A stretch of DNA of 64,000 nt from Tubiluchus corallicola (taxonomy: Eukaryota > Animalia > Priapulida): the NCBI GenBank assembly GCA_030141605.1, contig JAQGDQ010000390.1, forward strand, positions 62,001-126,000, written 5' to 3'. Numbering within the stretch: position 1 is the first letter of the stretch; each line of letters opens with the position of its first letter. Made by a program: the position numbers and the translations under genes. Below are positions 14,701 through 27,300 of the stretch, piece by piece. The notes below the pieces were generated by a model, which was not told where the DNA came from, ran no database searches, and worked only from the letters and a program-made list of their open reading frames with translations.

Positions 14701-15302
14701 CTAAGACAATTTATCACATATGATAGTGTTTTCCTCACTTCCAAGTATTTATATTTCACTCATACAAATTTCAATAATTTATGGTAAGTTTTGTTTGAAA
14801 CCTTTTGCATTGCTAATGACATTAGTCATTGAATTTCAAAACTGGTATGATCCTGATCATCAGGATGCATCTTGTGACAACAAAGTTTAACAGGAATCAT
14901 AGAAAACACCATCACTCTTTCACTCAGAAAGCATAAATCATCTTAATTATATTAGGTGACATACATCTTATGTAATAAAAATTCTTGCATGTATATATAT
15001 ATATATATATATATATAAATCTTTGTCACATAAACTATACACTTAACAGGTATCATAAAATACATGCAAATATTATATGTATAACCATTCAAAGACTATT
15101 GTAGGCAATAATGTTAAACTAAACAGCTAAAGAAAATTTACAAAAGTTATTTTAAAAAATTGAATAAAAGATAAAAGATAAATTTTAATTCACAAGTTCA
15201 CATCGATAACAGCTGTACTATGCGCAAATGCACAAAACATTTAAAATGACTTTAACATATGTATTTTTACTTTATTAAATGGAATTTACTTTATACTGTG
15301 GG

Positions 15303-15347
<45 letters not shown>

Positions 15348-18300
15348 GCGTATTTTCATGTATTCCATACAATAAACTCTCTAGTGTATTATAAGACTGG
15401 CAGTACTTAACAATAGGAGCTACATGGTAAATTTTATATTTTTTTGAGAAAGCATTATACATTATTAAAGCACCTCAGTCACAATTTTTACCAAGGTAAC
15501 ATTTTAACAACATCTGCTGAATACCTCTAATCGTTTGTGTTGTTGAACGAGAGTAGTTTTTCTATTCATCTTTTTCTCCAAAGCTTCGTTCAGTTCTGCC
15601 ACACGCTGTTCAAGCTTTGCCTTCTCATCTCCGGTTCTCATTCCGGAAAATCTGGCAAGCCTGCTCTCAATGTGCTGGATTTTGAAATCCTGTAAATAAA
15701 CAAGGAGAAATCAGGAGATAAGAGGAAATCATCAAAAGGAGGACCGTATTAATCTAACAGCGATGCATTTTCTTATTAGAATTGTCCAGCTGGACTTTTC
15801 ATTCAAGACCCAAATCTTGGTTAAATTCTGTTTTTCTTTTTTTTATTTTATAGCAAGAGGTATGATAATTCAAAACACATGCTTCATATAACTAGATAAG
15901 AATGCCTAAAACAGTTTAATGAATATAACTAGATAAGATAGCCTAAAAAGGTTTAATGAATAAAAATTAAAAGAGAATGTTTAACTCTAACTGGCAAGAA
16001 TAACAAGCCTTGAATTAATTAGCTGTGTGCCCATTGCTATAAGGAGATATCATTTGCTGTACATGTCAAGAGATGGTATCTACCACCTTCTGAGTTACAA
16101 TGCTTACATATACAGGTTGGTTTTGGAGCAACGCACTGGTTAGAGTAGATTTTATGGTAGAACTCTGTTTTTTTGTAATTCTATTTTTTCAGCAATAACA
16201 TGAGTTAACAAAAGCATAGTGATCCTGAACAAGAGAGGACGTATTACAGGTTCAAGTCATGTGGCATTATAAGGCATCCACGTTTGGCATCCCATTTTTT
16301 ACAGTTTTTGCATTGTAAATGCTATTTGACCTTCAACCACAACTCAAGGTCATTGATCACTCAACCATAACCAGTGCCCCATTTGGTACCATAAGGTATA
16401 AACTTTCAAGTCAGTGCACAGCAATAAAACAATAACTGAAACTCATAGCTAATTACCTGATTATAAATAATCTCTACTCATAGCTAATTACCTGATTATA
16501 AATAACCTCTACTCATAGCTAACTACCTGATTATAAATAATCTCTACTCATAGCTAACTACTGATTATAAATAATCTCTACTCATAGCTAATTACCTGGT
16601 TATAAATAATCTCTACTCATAGCTAATTACCTGATTATAAATAATCTCTACTCATAGCTAATTACCTGATTATAAATAACCTCTACTCATAGCTAACTAC
16701 CTGATTATAAATAATCTCTACTCATAGCTAACTACCTGATTATAAATAATCTCTACTCACAGGTAATTACCTGGTTATAAATAATCTCTACTCATAGCTA
16801 ACTACCTGATTATAAATAATCTCTACTCATAGCTAATTACCTGATTATAAATAATCTCTACTCATAGCTAACTACCTGATTATAAATACCGTATTTTCCC
16901 ATGTATAAGAGACCCTTGTGTATAAGAGACCCCTTCAATTTTTAGGCAAAAATTCTGGAAAAAAGTTTTTTGGTAATGAATAACTTTATTCATCATAGAA
17001 ATCATTAAATTCCTCATCACTCTCATCAAAAATATCAACTGGAGTCAGACCTTCAGCAATTCCAGCCAGTTCATCATCAGAGGAGTCACTCTGCTCAAAA
17101 ATGGCATTGTCCTCTTTTGACATTTAAAAAAATAATAACTTACCCGGTACATTAATTTTATCATTAGAATTTAGCCATGGAGAAGATTTATTGAAAGGAA
17201 ACTATAATTATTCGAAATAAAACAGTTGTAGAGCACTTATTTCTTTAAAATCATTAGTGTCACAATTTATGCATCTTATTGAAAAGACTTACTCCCATGT
17301 ATAAGAGACCCCCTATTTTTAAAGTGAAAATTCTGAGCAAAAAAGGGTCTCTTATACACGGGAAAATACGGTAATCTCTACTCATAGCTAACTACCTGAT
17401 TATAAATAATCTCTACTCATAGCTAATTACCTGATTATAAATAATCTCTACTCATAGCTAACTACCTGATTACAAATAATCTCTACTCATAGCTAATTAC
17501 CTGGTTATAAATAATCTCTACTCATAGCTAATTACCTGATTATAAATAATCTCTACTCATAGCTAATTACCTGATTATAAATAATCTCTACTCATAGCTA
17601 ACTACCTGATTATAAATAATCTCTACTCATAGCTAACTACCTGATTATAAATAATCTCTACTCATAGCTAACTACCTGATTATAAACAATCTCTACTCAT
17701 AGCTAATTACCTGATTATAAATAATCTCTACATAGCAAATTACCTGATTATAAATGATCTTTACTCATAGCCAATTACCTGATTATAAATAATCTCTTGC
17801 TGCTTGAAAAGTTCTTTGTCCAATTTTTCAACTTTAGCTTTTAATTTTCTAGCCACAGCTTTGCTCCCCTGCACCTCGGCAATGATGTCGCCCTCTTTGT
17901 GTTCCATGGTGCTCAGTTCCTGCTTCCTCTTAAACTGTTCCGTCTTTATGCGTGCAGCTATAGTCTGAAACAATGTAATTTTTGAAAGCATTGGTCTTTT
18001 TTTGCTACTATTGTTGTTAATTTAACAAACAGACGTTTTGTGACAAGAAAGATACCGCTTGTAAGTAAATTTACATAACTTGAGGATTTTAGAATCCATG
18101 AAATAATCATTAGCAAATAACAAATAACCTAACAAAGATATAAGTAGGCAGAATACGCATAAAATTTGCAAAAAATGAAACAATTTCTTGGTTTTAATTG
18201 CGCCAAATTAAATGCGCTAACAAAGAATACAACATTATTAAGGTTGTCTTAGCAGCATTATGGGCCCCCAGCCAAAGCAGTGCACTGGGGCTTCTAATTA

Positions 18301-21300
18301 CACAACCACTCACAGGAATAAAAATGGTCAATAAAATTAAACAAATATGTATTGTATTGGTGTTTAAATTAGTGTTTATACATTAAAAAGCATGCTGTAC
18401 AGTAAATATTAATCAATACAAACGTTTGAACAGCATCACATGAGCCTTGAGAAAAAATGCAAAAATTTCAACACAAAAATGATACTCAATTAGTAAACCA
18501 TACAGATGGAGATGGCACAGTAAGAAAAGAAATTTTCAGTATAAACATTTACAGAGAATCGTTTTATAATTAAAGTCAATGGTCTTCAGGATGTCATTTT
18601 CCAATGTGCTACGAAGCTGATTTTTTATATAAGTTTCCGTCTGCAAAATGAACGTCATGTTCACAATTTTCTTCAAAATCCTTGTAGTGTTTGAAATTAT
18701 TTAAACACCAGTGCACATTTGTGTCATAATAACAAATATTTATACTTTGGTATAGTAGTGTATTTAATTATTGATAGCAAGTCATAACATCGATTAGCAT
18801 GGGCTCCTAAGCCTGTGGGGCCCCCGGACAACTGCCCAGAATGCCCATGCGTTAAGATAGCACTGACTGTTATGTGAAAAGTGAAGTCTGGTGTCCTGTG
18901 TAAAGTTTGAAGCAACAAGTATACGTATTCCAACACTACAATGCGGCTAAGACAGACAAAACAAACCAAGTAAATCGTGTTATTATTTCTACAATATTAT
19001 TTGGTATTTTAGTTTATGCCAAGGCTGTTTTCTTTGTTCTCACCTCAACTTTTCGTTGTTTGTTCTCCTCCTCTTCCAGCATTTGTTCCATCTGTCTAGC
19101 ATATTCTTCTGCTGATAAGTGAGATTCGTTTACTGACTTTAGTTTGTCTTCGAGAGCTTTCTTTGACTGTTCTGACTGCTCTAGCCTATAATTAAATGAT
19201 ATGAAAGACAAAACTACATTTTGGCCACATATAACTACATTTTCGGAAAAGGAAGTGAGTGGTCACAGCATGGGCTTATCAATCAAAATTAAGCAATGTT
19301 GACCCTGGTCAATAAATGCATTGGTGACTGCAAAATCTGCTTCTAGATGATGTTGCCTCTATTATTTGCTAAGGGATGTAATGGCTAATTAAAGCAATCC
19401 CGTAAGTTCAGTATCTGACTGTGTCAACTTGAGCTATGCTAATTTCTACTATGCATTTACATTTATGCAAAAATCAACTGTATTGTCAATTCCTTTTGCA
19501 AAAATCATGTCAAACATAAAACCATTAATTATCAATTCAATGAAAAAAAGTATGGTAGCAAAAAATAGTTAAAACACAATAGTCGCATACAAGTAAATGT
19601 CAATGAAATATTATAAACACATACAAACTTAAAAATTTATTGTGCATAACGCGGTGGACAAAACAAAACAAACATCGATTCATAGTCCTTTTAAGACTGC
19701 AAAGTAAAGAAGAAGAGAATATGATGCTGGCAGAGTTGTTACTGGGTCCAAAACAAACAAACAAACAGAAACTGGTTAACTCTGTACCCACCTAGCCTTT
19801 TTGTCTTGTATAACTTTCTTCATGCGAGCCACGTTGCTACGTAGTGATTCCAAGTCCATTCCAGCACGATCAACAGAGCGCTTCAGAGCTTGCAACTGCA
19901 ACAGATAAACTAACTAAACATCGAAAAGCAACATATGAATAAGCTACTGAAAAACCTCACCGGAGGAATGAAATTGTACACAAAGAAATACTTCTTAATT
20001 GTAACAATAAATACTGGAGGGCTCACACCACCAGAAGTTGGGTAGCAGATCAGCCAAGTTGGCTAGAATCCAGGCCTCCTGGAGGCAAGAGATCCTGGTT
20101 CAATATTGGAAATTCTGCTATCTTGTTGAAATTGTGAACTTCAATGAGTGTTTTGTAAAAAAGTAAACATCGACACAGAGAAATTAAGTTTAAAAAACTT
20201 GCCAGTAAATTATCTTGCATCTTCCATGTTAGTTGAACTACATTACAGGTGCTTAGAAGGTACACACACCTATCTGTTTGCCTGCTGAATCAACAAGACC
20301 ATTCCATATCAGGAGTTTTATACCTGATATGCAATGGCTTCATAACGGATCGAACCATCACAATGCAGAGGTAGGGGATGAAAATGGCATTTCGCCATTT
20401 TAAACCATGAAGCAATGGCTCGTAACTACAAATATTAACAACTTTAGTCTCCATGGCTGAAATTAATCTATTTTCGTTTACATCCCTCATCAATGATTTA
20501 TTAAGACTAGCATCTTCCACGAGAAAGGATTTCCTAATTTAAGTGGTCTTGATTGCCCTAAGTCAACAAGGTAGTATAAGCAAATCTAGTGCTATAGAAT
20601 TGTAAATGTAACAGAATGGAAAAAAACTTGAGGTGGACAGAGTTGAGTGAAGCCGCAATCTTCAACATCATTATCAATACAGCTCATCTACTTGAGGTGG
20701 ACAGAGTTGAGTGAAGCCACAATCTTCAACATCATTATCAATACAGGTCATCTACTTGAGGTGGACAGAGTTGAGTAAAGCCACAATCTTCAACATCATT
20801 ATCAATACAGGTCATCTACTTGAGGTGGACCGAGTTGAGTGAAGCCACAATCTTCAACATCATTACCAATACAGGTCATCTACTTGAGGTGGACAGAGTT
20901 GAGTGAAGCCACAATCTTCAACATCATTACCAATACAGGTCATCTACTTGAGGTGGACAGAGTTGAGTGAAGCCACAATCTTCAACATCATTACCAATAC
21001 AGGTCATCTACTTGAGGTGGACAGAGTTGAGTGAAGCCGCAATCTTCAACATCATTATCAATACAGCTCATCTACTTGAGGTGGACAGAGTTGAGTGAAG
21101 CCACAATCTTCAACATCATTATCAATACAGGTCATCTACTTGAGGTGGACAGAGTTGAGTAAAGCCACAATCTTCAACATCATTATCAATACAGGTCATC
21201 TACTTGAGGTGGACAGAGTTGAGTGAAGCCACAATCTTCAACATCATTATCAATACAGGTCATCTACTTGAGGTGGACAGAGTTGAGTAAAGCCACAATC

Positions 21301-24300
21301 TTCAACATCATTATCAATACAGGTCATCTACTTGAGGTGGACAGAGTTGAGTGAAGCCACAATCTTCAACATCATTACCAATACAGGTCATCTAGTCTAG
21401 AAAGTCTAACAAAGTGCTAATCTAACCAAGGAGCGACAGCATCGACTTTAGCGTCATACGACAATTGAAAATCTACTAAGGAAATAAATGAACTAAACAA
21501 AATTGCTGGATGCTTCACTTCCGGTAAAGTTAAAATAACATTTACTAGCTACTATGCAAGTTTTAGAAAAAAATCAACGAACCTCATCAAAAAACTGCGT
21601 TTTCTCCAGTTCATCTTCCTGTAATTCGGTCCGTAATTTAGTTGCCGTTCGTTCAAGCAGTGCCAGCTTCTTTTCCGCTTCCACGTTATTTCCGTGCTCC
21701 CGATCGAGAAAGTCCCTTTTTTCCCGCATTCCCTTTTCCAGTTCAGAACTGTCAAACTTTGCTCCTGATAACTCCTAGAGTATAAATTGACATAACACAA
21801 TGAAATAAAATGGAAAAAACTTTGTAACTTCATACGTCATTAGTCTGCATCAGCGAATTAACCTTAAAATTTGCAATCCATAAATGATCAAATGCTGCAA
21901 TTCTCTAGCAGAACAGAAATGTGCTGACGAGTATTTGATTAATGCGTTATTAAAAGACAATTAATAGGTCAGTCCCTTTAAATGGTTTTACTTCTGAACT
22001 GAACATCTTACTACTTAATCTTTAATTAACATATAATCAATAATCTCTAATAAATTGAGACCAAAAAATATGAGAAAAAAAACTGTCGTTATAATGCACT
22101 CTTTAAGCGAATTGTTCAATTAAGCTAATCACAAATAAACTACAATCACAATTTTTTTTTAAAAATCTTAAAAAAGTAATGTTAGCAATTGCATTAAAAA
22201 GATTTTTCTTTTTCTTAAGGCAGGTTTAGGTCGACCTTGCAACTCAATGCAACTGAAGACTCGGCAAATCGCGGCATATGATACGCAATTAATTCCAAGT
22301 ATATCCAATTGACATAAGTAAGCTTATTTTGCAACTCAACGCAAAGCAACTCAGTTCCAGCAAGTTGCTCGTGTTCTACTCATGACATGCATTTTAACCT
22401 GAGCATTGTTCGACGATGACTGTGGTCTGGTCAGAGTTATCTTTCATTCGCGCACGCTCAGTCATAGTCGACCTGAAGTGTTGCATCTCACAGAAACTAG
22501 TACTTTTCTTATTGCTGGACCTAAGCGTGTGCATACGACTGTTTCCTACTAGCTGAGTGGAGTTGTGTCATGCTGCAGGTTGACCTAAACTTGACATTAT
22601 GTTTTGGATTAGAATACTGTTAGCTGGTATTCAGCACTCAACAACAAGGTTTACTACCAAAGTTAAAGTACTAGTTCAATACAATGTTCTAAGACAAGAT
22701 TTTGAACAGGCAAACGTCATATTCGCATACATCCTCCTTCAATCAGGTAAATAGTCGGAAGGACAAACAAAACTGGCCAAATCAAATTTCTTGATGGTCA
22801 CCAATTCACTAACTAACCATATTCAACACTGCTTAACTATCAAGCAGCTATTAGCTATATTTTAATATATTTTAAAAGCCTCACAGTAGCATCCTCTCTG
22901 CAACAGTTATCGGTTTCAATTCCTATTTTAGGAAGATAGGAAGTTAACACAACAAAGTGGTAAAGAGGTCATTTGGCTATACTACTTACTCTAATTTATA
23001 GAACTTCATTATGTTAGAGCTATAAATTTTATAAAATATGAATGCCCATTAGTATAGTTGAAGTGGAATTAAGAAAATGGAATTTTAAAGTACATCTAAA
23101 AAAATTTCTATATACAAAGTTATATTAATTAGCATTATGCTAAACTGTTTGAAAGACTTATGTAACTGGATAAGAAAACTGTTAATAATTTAAAATATTC
23201 CAGCCAAAGTGGTAAAACAGTACTGCATTGCCATCCTTGCGCGCACCACTGCTTCACCAAAAAACACATTATTGATCTTATAGATTATATAAAGTAATTA
23301 AAACTTATGCTTAGTTAGCAAAGTGTAATAATAATAATAATAATCTTTATTTAAAGTCGGCTTTTGACTGCACAATTAACATTAGCTCAAACAGCTAGTA
23401 TCGCCGACTACATAACAGAGACTATTATTACCCCGCTTTTACCTTAAATACCACGCGCCAGTCAGGGCAATAGCAGGTAACATTTAAAAAGTCTTTGGTA
23501 TGACCCAGCCGTTCTGCATCGAACTCACGACCTCCCAGATGGTGAGTGCATGTATTACCTCTACGCTAAACCGTCTGCTTGAAAGGTGTCGTACAAATAC
23601 TCTGATTATTTTTTAAACTTGACGCAATGTCATTAGAACTTGTTTCAGTAGATTCACTGTTAAAATGGCTGTCCCTAACAGTCATCGCAGGACTTTATAT
23701 TTTTAAGTTTTATACAGCAGTCCTGCTAACGCAAGCCCTGTATGCAATAAGTGATACAAAATTTCAAGACGAATTTTTAAAGCCTTATTTATTTAAAGTT
23801 TTATTTATGAAGAGCGTTTTCTTGGGCTTTAAAGAAAAGCATTTAAGAAAGTATTCTAAACTTGGGAGAAAAAACATGGCAGTGTAAAAAACAGGTGGCC
23901 TACCTCAGTGACACGGTCGATATCGGAGTCCCTTTTCTGCATCTCGTCAATCGTCCGCTCCCACTGCTCAATCAGTTCCTTCCGTTCGATGTGAACCTTC
24001 CGAAATTCTTCTGCCACTTTATCCAACTCAACCTGTTAAGAAAACAATGGCATTGAGAGAACCTCAAGACAATGTAACAATGCCAGTCTACTGCAATGAA
24101 TCTATCCAATTCAACGTTTAAACAAGTGAACGCATCTTCGAAACAGCAAACAGTGTTAGAGCATGTGAGATTCCTCAACATGTTCAACACGAACAGTAAC
24201 ATGGATGTAAGTAGGTTGAACATCGACTTTCTTTACAGTCAAAAATACTCTAAAACTACTTGAACATAAGTTCATTTACTGCAGAAAATATCAATAAAGT

Positions 24301-27300
24301 ATTGTAAAACAATATTGAAAATAAGGACGAAGTTTAGGTATCGATTTGGTGTCGAATGGTAAAAAAGTACCCTTCACCAAAACGTTTACCTATCAGGAGG
24401 GCAAAAATTTGCAAATTTTTCCACCAAAAGGTTAAACTCCTAAAAGGGTAATGCATAACTAGAAAAAATGATCGGTAAACACTTTTGACGAGTAGCAAGC
24501 AGTGCAAAACCCTGTCATACATATGAGATAGGACTTAAATTGCTACATCTACACTAAATTCCTCGATGAGAGTTACATGTCATATACTTTAGTATCACGT
24601 AAAGCACAGCATCCTATTTAAAAAGTTTCGCCTTAATAACCAAAATGAAACTACTAAAATAAATCGATACTTGTGCACTCAAAGTTTCAGTTGTCTCCTG
24701 ATCCAAAGCTCTTCTCTTCTTCTGAGCTTCTTCTGTCATTTTTTGTAGCTGAAGTTCCAGGTCCTACAAAACAGAAAAAACAAAATGAAAAGGATTTTGC
24801 CAACCCGAGTGAAAAATCAGAATTAAACAATGAAAATACACTACAGCAAATTACATTCTTATTTATTATAAAGCAGCTTGCTGTTTGGGGATTAAGTTCC
24901 CTGCTGTTGACTTGGCAGGTAGTGAATGCTTAATATGTGCTTTTTTAGTTTTTCTTTATTGTACATTTGTGTCTAAACAAATAATATAATATGACCTGAC
25001 ATGACATGACATAGCATAACTTAACAATACAATATATGTTATATCAGTAAATATTAAAGCTGAAGCTGCTTTGCCAATTTTCCACATTTTTATTTTCAGT
25101 TAACATCATCAATATCAATTTTTATAATTTATTGATATCAAACCATCTGCAGCGCACAAACTGCACTTATATACACAAACCATATACTCGTATAAAACAC
25201 CCATCTTACGTCGTTGCACTTAATAAAAACCCATGAAGCTGTGGTAATCTTCATATTACGCTGCATGCTCAACTAATTAGCAACGTGTTACCTTCACTTT
25301 AGCTTCGTCCTGGCGAGCATACTTCTCCAGCGTGTAACTGTCCTCGTCCTTGCGTGCCGACTCCTCTAACCATGCCTCCAATGCCTGCTGGTCCCAGTTC
25401 AATTCTGCCTTCATGTGTCGCATCTTCTCCTGTTGTTTAAAAACGCCAGTCTACAAGAAAAAAGACAAAGTGTAATGGCCAGCATGCAAATAATCTTATT
25501 GGACGGTGCTGCCATCTAATGAAAGAATCGGTAGGCATTGTTGCACGGTCATGTTTTGCATTCACAATGTCTAGCGTGCTGGCTGGATGCCATCATATAC
25601 GTTTACTAGATTACTAGGATTTGTGAGATTTATAATGACAACTGCCGAATTAATTTGATAAATATTAGTCTTCTGATAAACAAAGGAAGTCAACACTTAT
25701 TTAAATATAAATCTAATATGTTGCAAAATTTAACTAATAGACCAATACTGTAATACTGTGTTGGGGTATCCATTTACATATGGTCAGCGAAAAGCAGGCA
25801 TAAAAAGTGCCATAGTTGTTTAAATATATCTTGCTTGTATATATCTGCATATTAATGATTTAATTACTATTCTCGTCAATAGATGGAATCGGAAGCAAGT
25901 AACTATAAGGAATGCCTAGGTCAACTTTTCAGTCTGCAAATTCCGAGGGTGCACAAAAAATGAATTGATAGTGCGCAAAATGTGTGTCCGATATACAATA
26001 ACCAGATCAGTGACTTTAATGAGAGCAACTATCTTTAGCAACGATTTCTAAAGCTAAGGCAGTTTGGAGAACTAAACTGTCAGGGGACACTGGACAGAGA
26101 GACTGGGCTGAGTGACCAGCTGAATTTGTTTTCGATCAAGACAATAAAAAAGCTACAATAAGTTGTCAGAAAGCTGAAATTTGTAAAATAATGGTTAAGA
26201 GATAGGTTGGTCAGCCAGGTCTGCAGCAGAAAGCCATACGTTATTGTTCCGAATCCTGTACAATAAAGTCCACAACTCCACAGACCTACACCATAATAAC
26301 ATTGAAAACTGCCAATGGTACTATCTGCCCCAATGATAAGTAGTTTTAAAACATTATTTATACTTGGAATTACCAACAAAAATATGCACCTCTTGCATTT
26401 TATTTTTTTCTCTCAGGTCATTCAGTTCATTGGTCAACCTGCGAACGTCCTGCTTCAGTCGGCCTTCGTCTCTAAGCGCCAGTTGCAGTAGATGCTCTTC
26501 TGTTGCAGCTTCCTTTTTCTTAGCAGCCTGTACATGCTGAAATATTGACAAGATTCAATATACGCTGCTGCCATCTATCTACGAACAAGCAAGATTCAAT
26601 ATAAACTACTGACGTTTATCTATAAACAAACATCAGAAATAATTTTAGAACAGTACTACTGAATAATTACTGTACACTCATATCTTGGTTTGTCAGACCT
26701 CGCTTTTATGGATATCGGAAGAATCGGACAAAATCTAGACAGTTAGTCCTGCATACTACAGACACAGTTCGTTGTTTCGCGAGCTGACCCCTAGTTGGTG
26801 GGCCTCACTTTGTAGTCTACCTAAACTGTGAATTCAGTTTTTATGTTTCTGAAATGGAAAGACTTGCTTTTACAAGATTTTGCTTGTTTCGCTTTAATTC
26901 ATATGATAGAAAGAGGGAGATGGAATAAGCAAATGAGGGAGAAGCACCTCGGTGTCGTTAAAACTGGACATTTGAGAGAACTTTATAATAATTTGGATTA
27001 CAGTCATTACACAACAGTACGAATCAACATAATCTGATGCATTTCATTTATGATTGTTTCAATATTTTCCAGTGATCACATTTTAACTAACCTAAATCTC
27101 ATGCAGTTTTTGAAATTAATTGTAACTGTCACCAGTCAATAAATTTACTACTACTAAAAAGTTTAATAATGCGTCATAATTTAAAAATATAGAGCCAATT
27201 ATGCAGAATTATTTGAGTCAATTGCCAACAGTTTTCATATACTTTTACATAGGATCGGCCTGTCCTGAACGTTTTTGAGATAATTAGGCAACTGATTCTA

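Noticed and set aside
20050-20520. Two adjacent - strand ORFs in a CCDC39 intron with coding-like composition
   Set aside because: No recognisable motif and frames are broken; possibly a decayed transposon but unsupported.
20627-21394. CRISPR-like appearance of regular 64-bp (and 60-, 38-, 35-bp) repeats
   Set aside because: Units are contiguous with no unique spacers, there are no cas genes, and the context is spliceosomal introns of an animal gene.
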